From positions 3,811 through 19,339 of the forward strand of contig PBTS01000023.1 in assembly GCA_002729175.1 (NCBI GenBank): a stretch of DNA of 15,529 bases. The letters run 5' to 3'. Of the stretch, positions 1 through 7,495 are shown in pieces. The first letter of the stretch is position 1, and each line of letters opens with the position of its first letter. The translations under genes and the position numbers were made by a program. The stretch comes from Fidelibacterota bacterium (GTDB lineage: Bacteria; Fidelibacterota; Marinisomatia; Marinisomatales; S15-B10). Under the pieces are notes generated by a model. The model searched no databases. It saw only the letters and a list, made by a program, of their open reading frames with translations, and was not told the origin of the DNA.

Positions 1-1
1 C

Positions 2-946
2 CGGGTGCGGACGGCTTTCAGCCCATTCGGCGTCAGCGTCCACTTGCGATGCTATTTCCGCATCGATCTTATCGAAATCCTTTTCTGAGGCAATACCAAA
101 TTCTATGCACTCTTTGCGGAACCGGGGAATGGGATCACGCTTCTTATCAGCTTCCAGTTCCTTCTTGCTTCTGTATTTTCGCTGGTCATCTGAAGATGAG
201 TGGGAAAGCAGTCGCACCACATCGCTCACAACAATGGTGGGGCCCTTCCCTTTTCTAGCCCGTTCAGTGGCCTTTTGAAAAGCTAGGTGGGACTCGAAGA
301 AATCGGTACCGTCAACCTGGAATCGTGCCAGATGTTCATACCCGGCCGCCAAATTGTGTACCGATCCACCGGCTGTCTGCTCACTGACGTGAACAGAAAT
401 GGCATATTTGTTATCCTCAATGTGAAATATAACAGGCAGCCTTTCCCTGCTTGCCCAGTTCAGAGCTTCGTGAAAATCTCCCTCACTGGTGGACCCATCC
501 CCTGCTGAAACATAAACGATTTCCTTAGTTCCCTCTCGCACAATGGCCATTGCACACCCAACAGCCTGAAGAAATTGACTGCCAGTAGGGCTGGACTGAC
601 TGACAATCCTCAAATCTTTGTGACCGAAATGTTCCGGCATCTGCCGACCACCGGAGTTGGGGTCTTCATCCCGGGCAAGAGAATTAAGGAAATGCTCTCT
701 TCCGGTCATCCCAAGACTGAGACAAAGTGCTAAATCACGATAATAAGGATAGACCCAATCTTCCGTTGATCGCATCACTTCTGCCGCTGCCAGCTGCGCT
801 GCCTCGTGTCCGGAACCACCGATATGAAAAAAGCTTTTCCCCTGCCGAGAAAGGATGAGCATCTTCTCATCCAGTTTCCGGGATTGTGCCATCATCCGGT
901 AAACATCAAGGAGGCGCTTTTTGGTGAATCCATGGAGCCTAGGCAT
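2..946 (-). CDS. 2-oxoacid dehydrogenase E1 alpha subunit/domain (TPP-dependent, branched-chain type; 3'-partial, may be an alpha/beta fusion)
   Basis: Not in the ORF track because it has no stop inside the window. Manual translation from ATG at 946 (GAGG upstream; 8-nt overlap ATGCCTAG with the lipB stop) gives MPRLHGFTKKRLLDVYRMMAQSRKLDEKMLILSRQGKSFFHIGGSGHEA...YPYYRD...SGGRQMPEHFG...SSPTGSQFLQAVG...SAGDGSTSEGDFHEALN...EDNKYAIS...RLLSHSSSDD. The GDG...N TPP motif and HSSSDD loop are present, the frame is open to the edge, and it follows lpdA and lipB. Confidence 0.93.
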   Translation of the reverse strand, partial: MPRLHGFTKKRLLDVYRMMAQSRKLDEKMLILSRQGKSFFHIGGSGHEAAQLAAAEVMRSTEDWVYPYYRDLALCLSLGMTGREHFLNSLARDEDPNSGGRQMPEHFGHKDLRIVSQSSPTGSQFLQAVGCAMAIVREGTKEIVYVSAGDGSTSEGDFHEALNWASRERLPVIFHIEDNKYAISVHVSEQTAGGSVHNLAAGYEHLARFQVDGTDFFESHLAFQKATERARKGKGPTIVVSDVVRLLSHSSSDDQRKYRSKKELEADKKRDPIPRFRKECIEFGIASEKDFDKIDAEIASQVDADAEWAESRPHP

Positions 947-1613
947 GGGCCGCCTCACATTCCTGAAAACTGAACAATAAACGAAAAATAGTAACGAGGG
1001 TTTCTTCTACTTCCACCATACTTACCTCTTTCCCAAGGATTTGGGACATGGATGTGACATCATATTCAAAAATCCCGCAAGGTATTATACCGTCGAAAAA
1101 TTCCAAATCGGTGTTGACATTCAAGGCAAATCCGTGCATGGAAACCCATCTTGAAAGGCGGACACCCAAGGCTGCGATCTTCTCTTCTCCCACCCAGACA
1201 CCGGTGAGTCCCTCTCGGCGTCGAGCCTCAATACCAAACTGTCCCACAGTCCGAATCAGCATCTCTTCCAGCGTTCGCATATACCAGCTGACGCTTAGGC
1301 GGTGGTGATGGAGGTCCAGAATTGGGTATCCCACCAGCTGACCAGGTCCGTGAAAGGTAACATCGCCGCCCCGCTCAATCTGGTAGACGGGAATATGCAC
1401 ATCCCTTGACTTCAGTAGATGATTTTCGTTGGAATTCTTTCCGAGGGTGTAAACCGGATCGTGCTCCACGAGAATCAGCGTATCTGGAACAATCCCCATA
1501 CGACGTTCGTCCACCAACTTTTTCTGACGATCCCAAACTTTTTCATAGGCCTTTCTTCCTAAACGGATCACATCTAGAGACTTGTTGGCTGAACTGTCGG
1601 TTAATTCAATCAA
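939..1613 (-). CDS. lipB: Lipoyl(octanoyl) transferase LipB
   Basis: Motifs EHDPVYTLG, RGGDVTFHGPGQLVGYP, KIAALG, HGFALNVN, IIPCG; located between lpdA and E1. Confidence 0.96.
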   Translation of the reverse strand: MIELTDSSANKSLDVIRLGRKAYEKVWDRQKKLVDERRMGIVPDTLILVEHDPVYTLGKNSNENHLLKSRDVHIPVYQIERGGDVTFHGPGQLVGYPILDLHHHRLSVSWYMRTLEEMLIRTVGQFGIEARRREGLTGVWVGEEKIAALGVRLSRWVSMHGFALNVNTDLEFFDGIIPCGIFEYDVTSMSQILGKEVSMVEVEETLVTIFRLLFSFQECEAAHA

Positions 1614-1615
1614 TT

Positions 1616-3013
1616 TCAGATATGGATTGCTTCATCATAGGCATCTGCCACCGCCTCCATAAATGATTCGGAGATGGTAGGATGAGCATGAACGGTGCGT
1701 AGGATCTCTTCATGGGTCGTCTCCAGAGTCCGCACAGCCCCCGCTTCCGCGATAAGTTCTGTCGCCTCCGGACCGATGATATGGCACCCTAAAAGTTCAC
1801 CGTACTTTTCATCAAATATAACCTTAACAAACCCCTCCGGCTCCCCCAACGCTAGCGCTTTTCCGCTCGCTCTCATGGGAAACCGACCAATTTTCAAGGT
1901 GTAACCGGCATCTGTGGCTGCTTTTTCAGTCATTCCTACAGATGCCACTTGAGGACGGCAGTAGGTGCAGCCGGGAATGTTGCCGTAATTCAGCGGTTCG
2001 GGCTGCTTGGCGCAGATATACTCCGCCGCCACGCGGCCCTCCGCCGAAGCCACATGGGCAAGCCACGGCGGGCCGATCACATCGCCGATGGCGTAGATGT
2101 TTGGCACCGATGTCTGATAAACTTCATTCACCTGGATGTAATTCTTGTCCACATTTACACCTGCCTTCTCAAGCCCGAGCCTTTCAACATTTCCCTGAAC
2201 ACCAATGGCCACTAGCGCCATCTGTGCCTCTATCACCTCCTTACCATCTTCTTTGGTAATGTTTACTTTCACCTTTGTCTTCAGACGCTCAATTTTCTCC
2301 ACCTTTGCGGAAGTATGAACATTCATCCCCCGGTCTTCGAATAATCTTCTCAAAAGTTTGGATATTTCCACATCTTCCATCGGAAGGAGACCAGGCAACA
2401 TTTCAACCAAATGAATTTCCGTACCGTACTCGCTGTAGAGACTGGCAAATTCCGCACCTATAGCTCCGGCACCAATGATGATCATACTTTTCGGTATATC
2501 ATCTAAAACCATGGCCTCTTTGGACGAAATCACACGTTTCCCATCTGTTTCAAGTCCGGGAAACTCCCGGTTGCGAGCCCCTGTGGCGATGATCACGTTG
2601 TCACTCTGGATCACTGTCTTTTTCTTACCTTTGGCACCAGCGACTTCCACTTCTGTAGCTGACTTAAGAAAAGCGGTCCCGGCTATATATTCAATCTTAT
2701 TTTTCTTAAGCAGATATTCGATCCCTTTGGAGAGGCGCTTGGCCACTCTCCTGCTCCGTTTCACGGAAGCACCAAAATTGACAGAATAGCCGTCAACATC
2801 AATACCATATTTGTCCGCATTCTTCACCAGATGCAAAACTTCTGAATCTTTCAGCAGTGACTTGGTAGGAATGCACCCCCAGTTAAGGCAGATGCCACCC
2901 AAAGCCTCCTTTTCAACCACAGCCACCGATTTACCCAGCTGAGCCGCCCGGATGGCTGCCACATAGCCGCCGGGACCGCCACCCATAACCACGATATCAA
3001 ACTTCTTGCTCAT
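1616..3013 (-). CDS. lpdA: Dihydrolipoyl dehydrogenase (E3)
   Basis: GGGPGGY FAD motif, redox disulfide GGICLNWGCIP, NAD motif GAGAIGAE, C-terminal HAHPTISE; 465 aa. Confidence 0.97.
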   Translation of the reverse strand: MSKKFDIVVMGGGPGGYVAAIRAAQLGKSVAVVEKEALGGICLNWGCIPTKSLLKDSEVLHLVKNADKYGIDVDGYSVNFGASVKRSRRVAKRLSKGIEYLLKKNKIEYIAGTAFLKSATEVEVAGAKGKKKTVIQSDNVIIATGARNREFPGLETDGKRVISSKEAMVLDDIPKSMIIIGAGAIGAEFASLYSEYGTEIHLVEMLPGLLPMEDVEISKLLRRLFEDRGMNVHTSAKVEKIERLKTKVKVNITKEDGKEVIEAQMALVAIGVQGNVERLGLEKAGVNVDKNYIQVNEVYQTSVPNIYAIGDVIGPPWLAHVASAEGRVAAEYICAKQPEPLNYGNIPGCTYCRPQVASVGMTEKAATDAGYTLKIGRFPMRASGKALALGEPEGFVKVIFDEKYGELLGCHIIGPEATELIAEAGAVRTLETTHEEILRTVHAHPTISESFMEAVADAYDEAIHI

Positions 3014-3015
3014 AA

Positions 3016-3879
3016 CTAGCTGGCTGGCTTCTTGGATCCTACCAGGCCTCTCAATAGCTCAATTTCTACTGCATATTCAGAAGGATCATCCACAGGTGTT
3101 TCCAGCAGCATAGGCAGTTCGGTGAACCGGTCATCATTCACGAGACACCAGAATGTTTCCATGGTGAGCAGTCCTTTTCCGATACTTTCATGCCGGTCCA
3201 CGCGGGAACCGCATTCTTTCTTTGAATCATTAATGTGAAACGCTTTGAGCCACTTCAGATCTACCGTTTTGTCAAATTCATCAAAGGTCTCTTTCCATCC
3301 TTTTTCAGTCCGGATATCATAACCGGAAGCAAAACCGTGTTGTGTATCAAAACAGACGCCCATTCGATCTTTCCTCTCAACCCCTTCAATAATCCCGATA
3401 AGATGCTCAAACCTGAAACCTACGTTCGTCCCCTGCCCTGCTGTATTTTCGATGAGGACAGTCACCTCGCCATCAGACCTTTTGTCAAGACAGTAATTCA
3501 GGCTCTCTGAAATTCGTGAAAGACATTCCTTTTCATCAGTTTTCATGTGAGAACCGGGATGAAAGACCACATATTCAACTCCACAGGCGTCACAACGATC
3601 CAACTCACTGAGGAACGCCCGTCGTGACATATTCAATTTTTTTTCTTCCGGCGAACCCATGTTCAGTAGATAAGACGCGTGACTGATGGTCATCAGCGGG
3701 AGTTCCTTCTTCATTGCTTCCCGGTACTCTTTTGAGTTCTCTTCGCCGGGCTCTTTCGGGAACCACTGGTTCTGATTGGCGGTAAAGATCTGGATAGCGT
3801 CAGCATTAATGGCGGTACCTCTTGCAGGTGCATTTTCAACACCTCCCGCTGCACTCACATGTGCACCCAAAAGACCCAT
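3016..3879 (-). CDS. nfo: Endonuclease IV (AP endonuclease)
   Basis: GAHVSAAGG, HASYLLN, FHPG, ENTAGQG, DTQH, HINDS, DRHE and LETP metal-binding motifs. Confidence 0.95.
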   Translation of the reverse strand: MGLLGAHVSAAGGVENAPARGTAINADAIQIFTANQNQWFPKEPGEENSKEYREAMKKELPLMTISHASYLLNMGSPEEKKLNMSRRAFLSELDRCDACGVEYVVFHPGSHMKTDEKECLSRISESLNYCLDKRSDGEVTVLIENTAGQGTNVGFRFEHLIGIIEGVERKDRMGVCFDTQHGFASGYDIRTEKGWKETFDEFDKTVDLKWLKAFHINDSKKECGSRVDRHESIGKGLLTMETFWCLVNDDRFTELPMLLETPVDDPSEYAVEIELLRGLVGSKKPAS

Positions 3880-4454
3880 CAGATACGTCCCTTTCCAATG
3901 ATTGAAAGAAATTCTTCCCGTGTCTTATTGCTTTCACGAAAAGCACCCCGAACAGCCGATGTGATCATGAATGAAGATTTCTTTTCCACACCCCGCATTT
4001 GCATACAAAGGTGTTCAGCCTCAATGACTACTGCCACACCTTTGGGGCTCAAAACATCCTGCAATGCGTCAGCTACTTGCTGAGTCAATCTTTCCTGAAC
4101 CTGAAGTCTTCGGGCATAGATATCTACAATCCTGGGGATTTTCGAAAGGCCAATAATCTTTTCTTTGGGCAGATAGCCTACATGGGCAACACCTTTAAAC
4201 GGCAGAAGATGATGTTCACAGAGTGAAAAAAAATCTATGTCTTTAACTGCGATAATCTCATCACATTTCTCATTGAACACCGCATCGCCCACAACTTCTT
4301 CAGGCGTCTGCTCATATCCCTTAGCGAAAGTCGTCCACGATTTTGCAACCCTGTGCGGCGTCTTTATGAGCCCTTCACGTTCGGAATCTTCGCCAATCTC
4401 TTTCAGTAAATCTGAAATGATCGATTCAATTTTTTCCATATTATCACCGTTCAT
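3879..4454 (-). CDS. folE: GTP cyclohydrolase I (type IA)
   Basis: [45 protein letters not shown]. Start at 4454 (ATGA overlap with yhhQ) or at 4439 (GGTGA upstream). Confidence 0.96.
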   Translation of the reverse strand: MNGDNMEKIESIISDLLKEIGEDSEREGLIKTPHRVAKSWTTFAKGYEQTPEEVVGDAVFNEKCDEIIAVKDIDFFSLCEHHLLPFKGVAHVGYLPKEKIIGLSKIPRIVDIYARRLQVQERLTQQVADALQDVLSPKGVAVVIEAEHLCMQMRGVEKKSSFMITSAVRGAFRESNKTREEFLSIIGKGRI

Positions 4455-5149
4455 ATGGCTTCCTCAGCAAAACGTTTGTAACCCCACACCTCTTCCGGAT
4501 CATCATGGACTTTCGGCTTCAAGACCCAGACCCCGAGGTAAAACAGCGGTGTATCAAAAAGAGCAAAAAAGAACTTGAACAAGTAGGAATAATAGATGAG
4601 TGGAAGGAGATCGCCAAAGGTATTTACATTGTTTCCTAAATTATTTGCATAATACAAGATTGTTAGTATTGCGGTAGTATCAACCAGTTGACTGGCTGTC
4701 GTGGAAAGGTTGTTTCTCAGCCAGAGATGCTTTCCCTTGGTCAATTTTTTCCAAAAATGAAACATATGCACGTCCACCGTCTGCGCCACAAGATAAGCAA
4801 TCATGGAAGCGATCACATTTCCCACCATAAACTGATAAACCGATTCAAAAGTAGATGTAGCACCGGAGATGCCTCTGGCATCTGGAAGAAGATGTCCTAA
4901 GGTCATGATACCCAGCATGAAAAAGTTCATGGCAAACCCTGTCCAGACAATGGTCTGCGCCCTTTTCTTACCATAAAGTTCACATATGAGATCGGTTGCA
5001 AGGAATGTAAACGGATAGGCCAGTACCCCAGCGGGAACAGTAAGCCCAAAAACGTTTACAAATTTTGTTGTACCAATAACATTACCTAAAACTAGAGCAG
5101 TAAGAAAAACCCCGCTCAGAAATAAAAATAGTCTGTCTTTAAAACTCAT
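4451..5149 (-). CDS. yhhQ: Queuosine precursor transporter family (YhhQ/COG1738) membrane protein
   Basis: Multi-pass hydrophobic protein with [51 protein letters not shown] and [10 protein letters not shown]; sits between the PTPS gene and folE. Confidence 0.9.
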   Translation of the reverse strand: MSFKDRLFLFLSGVFLTALVLGNVIGTTKFVNVFGLTVPAGVLAYPFTFLATDLICELYGKKRAQTIVWTGFAMNFFMLGIMTLGHLLPDARGISGATSTFESVYQFMVGNVIASMIAYLVAQTVDVHMFHFWKKLTKGKHLWLRNNLSTTASQLVDTTAILTILYYANNLGNNVNTFGDLLPLIYYSYLFKFFFALFDTPLFYLGVWVLKPKVHDDPEEVWGYKRFAEEAI

Positions 5150-5556
5150 TCAGAGGCGGGGCCGTAGTAATCAGTGTATATGGTAGGTGTTTCCCGGACC
5201 CGTATCCGATGAAGTTTCGTATCCTCAAGTTCCGACTCTATCTGCTCCCACATCCAGATAACCATGTGTTCAGTGGAAGGTTGTTTACCCCGAAACCACG
5301 GAATCTCTTTTTCAATGGTTGAGTGATCAATAACATTGATCACTTTCTTGTTAACAATTTTCTTTAGTGCATTAAGGTCAACTAGAAAACCCGTCTCTTC
5401 ATTTATTTCACCTGTAACTGTCACCTCAAGTTCGTAATTGTGGCCGTGCAATCGAGCATCTTTCCCAAAAACTTCTCTGTTTTTCTTACTGCTCCAATCG
5501 GGATGTCCATATTGGTGAGCTGCGCAAAATGTGAATTTTTTTGTCAGGTAGGGCAT
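5146..5556 (-). CDS. queD: 6-pyruvoyl/6-carboxytetrahydropterin synthase family (COG0720, QueD/PTPS) with atypical active-site motif
   Basis: FCAAH, HGHNY, G-x-VD, DH, STEH and RET motifs of the T-fold PTPS family. The catalytic Cys position holds Asp, so the family is secure but the exact activity is not. Confidence 0.85.
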   Translation of the reverse strand: MPYLTKKFTFCAAHQYGHPDWSSKKNREVFGKDARLHGHNYELEVTVTGEINEETGFLVDLNALKKIVNKKVINVIDHSTIEKEIPWFRGKQPSTEHMVIWMWEQIESELEDTKLHRIRVRETPTIYTDYYGPASE

Positions 5557-5602
5557 TGATGACCCGGTATCTATAATTTAATCCTTCAAATGTGCTTCTA
5601 TT

Positions 5603-5631
5603 AATTTACAGCCCATGATCAGTATGGGAAA
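5603..5631 (-). promoter_or_regulatory. Possible promoter for the ptps-yhhQ-folE-nfo-lpdA run
   Basis: Minus strand reads TTTCCC-17 nt-TAAATT in the 102-nt gap between nth and ptps. A 5-bp inverted repeat (CCCAT/ATGGG, 5612-5628) overlaps the spacer. The -35 match is weak. Confidence 0.3.
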
Positions 5632-5658
5632 AGAATTCCACATTAAACAGATGCCAAT

Positions 5659-6306
5659 CTATACCAGTGATGAGGGACAAATATCACTTAAACAGCAATC
5701 GGTGCACTGGGGCCGTCTGGCGATGCAGACAAGGCGGCCATGCGCTATTATCAAATGTGTCAAAATAACCCACTCTTTTTTTTCGACTAAATCCATAATC
5801 TCGAACTCAATCTTAACAGGGTCTTTCTTTTGGGTAAATGCCAGCAGATTCATGATTCTGACCATATGTGTATCAATGACCATGGACGGCACATTAAACA
5901 CTGCCCCAAGGACACAGTTGGCTGTTTTTCGACCCACTCCAGGCAACGCCAACAAATCTTCCATGGTGCCGGGCACTTCACCTGCGTACTCCTCCTGGAT
6001 CATGAGGCTGGAACCTTGAATAGATTTCGCCTTTTGATTGTGATAGCCTGTAGAGCGAATATCTTCAGACAGTTCATTGACGTTGCAGTAAGCAAAAGCC
6101 GCTACTGTCTTATACTTTTTGAACAGACCGGGAGTAACCATATTTACCCGCTTGTCTGTACACTGCGCCGAAAGGATAGTCGACACCAATAGCTGGTGAG
6201 CATCCCTGTAATCAAGGCTAGTTCGGGCTGTGGGATACTCGTTTCTCAATCGGGATATGACCTGAGCCATTCGTTTCCGCTTTAACTGTTTCGATTCTTT
6301 TGGCAT
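5659..6306 (-). CDS. nth: Endonuclease III (HhH-GPD DNA glycosylase/AP lyase, 4Fe-4S)
   Basis: LLVSTILSAQCTD, HhH LPGVGRKTAN, catalytic IDTH, and C-x6-C-x2-C-x5-C (CIARRPQCTDCCLSDIC). Start moved from 6375 to the ATG at 6306, which forms a TGATG overlap with the upstream stop. Confidence 0.95.
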   Translation of the reverse strand: MPKESKQLKRKRMAQVISRLRNEYPTARTSLDYRDAHQLLVSTILSAQCTDKRVNMVTPGLFKKYKTVAAFAYCNVNELSEDIRSTGYHNQKAKSIQGSSLMIQEEYAGEVPGTMEDLLALPGVGRKTANCVLGAVFNVPSMVIDTHMVRIMNLLAFTQKKDPVKIEFEIMDLVEKKEWVILTHLIIAHGRLVCIARRPQCTDCCLSDICPSSLV

Positions 6307-6644
6307 CAGCCGCCGCTTTCCATTACAGCCGGCAGATTTATTACTAGGGAAGATTTTGGAAACACCCAGCGACATCCAGCTTCTTTCGCTTCATCCATGA
6401 GTCCTTTCGACACACGACCGGCAAACCCCACTACAGACATTTCAGACGATTCGCTTATTAGTTTGCGTACCAGATCCATCGGTTTCTGATCAACTTCATC
6501 AAGATCAACAATAACCACCTTGGCATCTTGTGAATCTTCAGATTCCGTATCGGGAAAAACGCATTCGTCGCCCCGCGCCGTGAGGGAGTCGGCAATTCGT
6601 GTTCCCAGTTCGAAGTCCCGGATAAATAAAGCTACTTTGGTCAC
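6306..6644 (-). CDS. Stand-alone atypical response-regulator receiver-like protein
   Basis: 112 aa with a CheY-like beta/alpha pattern: KVALFIRD, VVIVDL (phosphoacceptor-position Asp), VVGFAG, EAKEAGC, VFPK. Overlaps both neighbouring genes. Confidence 0.6.
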   Translation of the reverse strand: MTKVALFIRDFELGTRIADSLTARGDECVFPDTESEDSQDAKVVIVDLDEVDQKPMDLVRKLISESSEMSVVGFAGRVSKGLMDEAKEAGCRWVFPKSSLVINLPAVMESGG

Positions 6645-7495
6645 TGTTTCCCCCCATCCAATGCTATTTGTTCAATAGCATACTTATCCCCATCCCGTTT
6701 GAGTCGGACAGCTTCAGTTGTTCTGTCATGTGGCAAAACGATGATCCAATTTTCATCCGCCGCCTGATTGAGTACTGATTTTTTCTCTTCCAGCGTCTTG
6801 AGAGGTTTATTATCGAAAGCCATGATACATGGGATTCGGAAATGAAGTCGTGTTGGGAAAAGATCGCTGCCAAAGAAAAGAGTGGTATTGCCGTCTGAAA
6901 GGAGAGGGTGCATCTGCCCAGGAGTATGACCATGAGTTATTCTAATTTGAATACCGGAAATGAATTCTTCTTCACCATCCAGAAAAGTTAACATTTCATT
7001 CTCAGCCAACACTTCCCAGTTTTCTAAACGGTAACTACCCTTATCTTTTTCCGTTGGTGCGTTGGCCCAATCCCAATTGGACTTCTGTAGCCAATATTTG
7101 GCATTTGGGAAAGTAGGAACCACCTTCCCACCATCAAGACTCGTATTTCCACCGGCATGGTCAAAATGAAGATGGCTACAGATGACGTCAGTAATTTCAT
7201 CGGGTTTAACAGATAATTCACCCAAAGATGCCTGAATATTCACTACGGAAGGATCTGTGTCCAGGATAGTCTTCATTTTTGAATCCCACTTATCACCGTT
7301 TCCTGTATCTACCAGAATAGTTTTTCCATCACCCCGAATAAGAAGAGAGCGCGTTACCGCCGGAATTCTATTTTTATCATCCGGCGTAATCTCCTTTTCC
7401 CACATACTTTTTGGGATAACCCCGAATATGGAGCCGCCATCCAAGCTGAAACGGCTGGTTACGAGTGAAGTAACTTTATAGTTTCCTATCTTCAT
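6641..7495 (-). CDS. MBL-fold metallo-hydrolase, YtnP-like
   Basis: FSLDGGSIFGVIPKSMW, LVDTG, SHLHFDHAGG (HxHxDH), HGHTPG, SDL, PHD. Confidence 0.9.
   Translation of the reverse strand: MKIGNYKVTSLVTSRFSLDGGSIFGVIPKSMWEKEITPDDKNRIPAVTRSLLIRGDGKTILVDTGNGDKWDSKMKTILDTDPSVVNIQASLGELSVKPDEITDVICSHLHFDHAGGNTSLDGGKVVPTFPNAKYWLQKSNWDWANAPTEKDKGSYRLENWEVLAENEMLTFLDGEEEFISGIQIRITHGHTPGQMHPLLSDGNTTLFFGSDLFPTRLHFRIPCIMAFDNKPLKTLEEKKSVLNQAADENWIIVLPHDRTTEAVRLKRDGDKYAIEQIALDGGKQ

Noticed and set aside
3879..5556. 7-deazaguanine DNA-modification (dpd) defence island
   Set aside because: No dpdA, dpdB, helicase, restriction or mobility genes in the window, and neighbours are housekeeping genes.
5557..5658. 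preQ1 riboswitch upstream of ptps-yhhQ
   Set aside because: Expected from context, but no preQ1-I-like stem with a conserved loop and A-rich 3' tail is visible; only a 5-bp inverted repeat. An Infernal/Rfam scan would settle it.
4451..5660. Horizontal transfer suggested by locally AT-rich sequence
   Set aside because: Explained by a Phe/Ile/Tyr/Lys-rich membrane protein and intergenic DNA; no flanking repeats or mobile genes; composition not computed rigorously.
6307..6375. N-terminal extension of Nth to 6375
   Set aside because: It would overlap the receiver-like gene by about 70 nt; ATG 6306 gives a normal TGATG junction and typical length.
6641..7495. Antibiotic-resistance metallo-beta-lactamase
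   Set aside because: No signal peptide, and the LDGG..FG..P...W signature points to the YtnP-like cytoplasmic subgroup.
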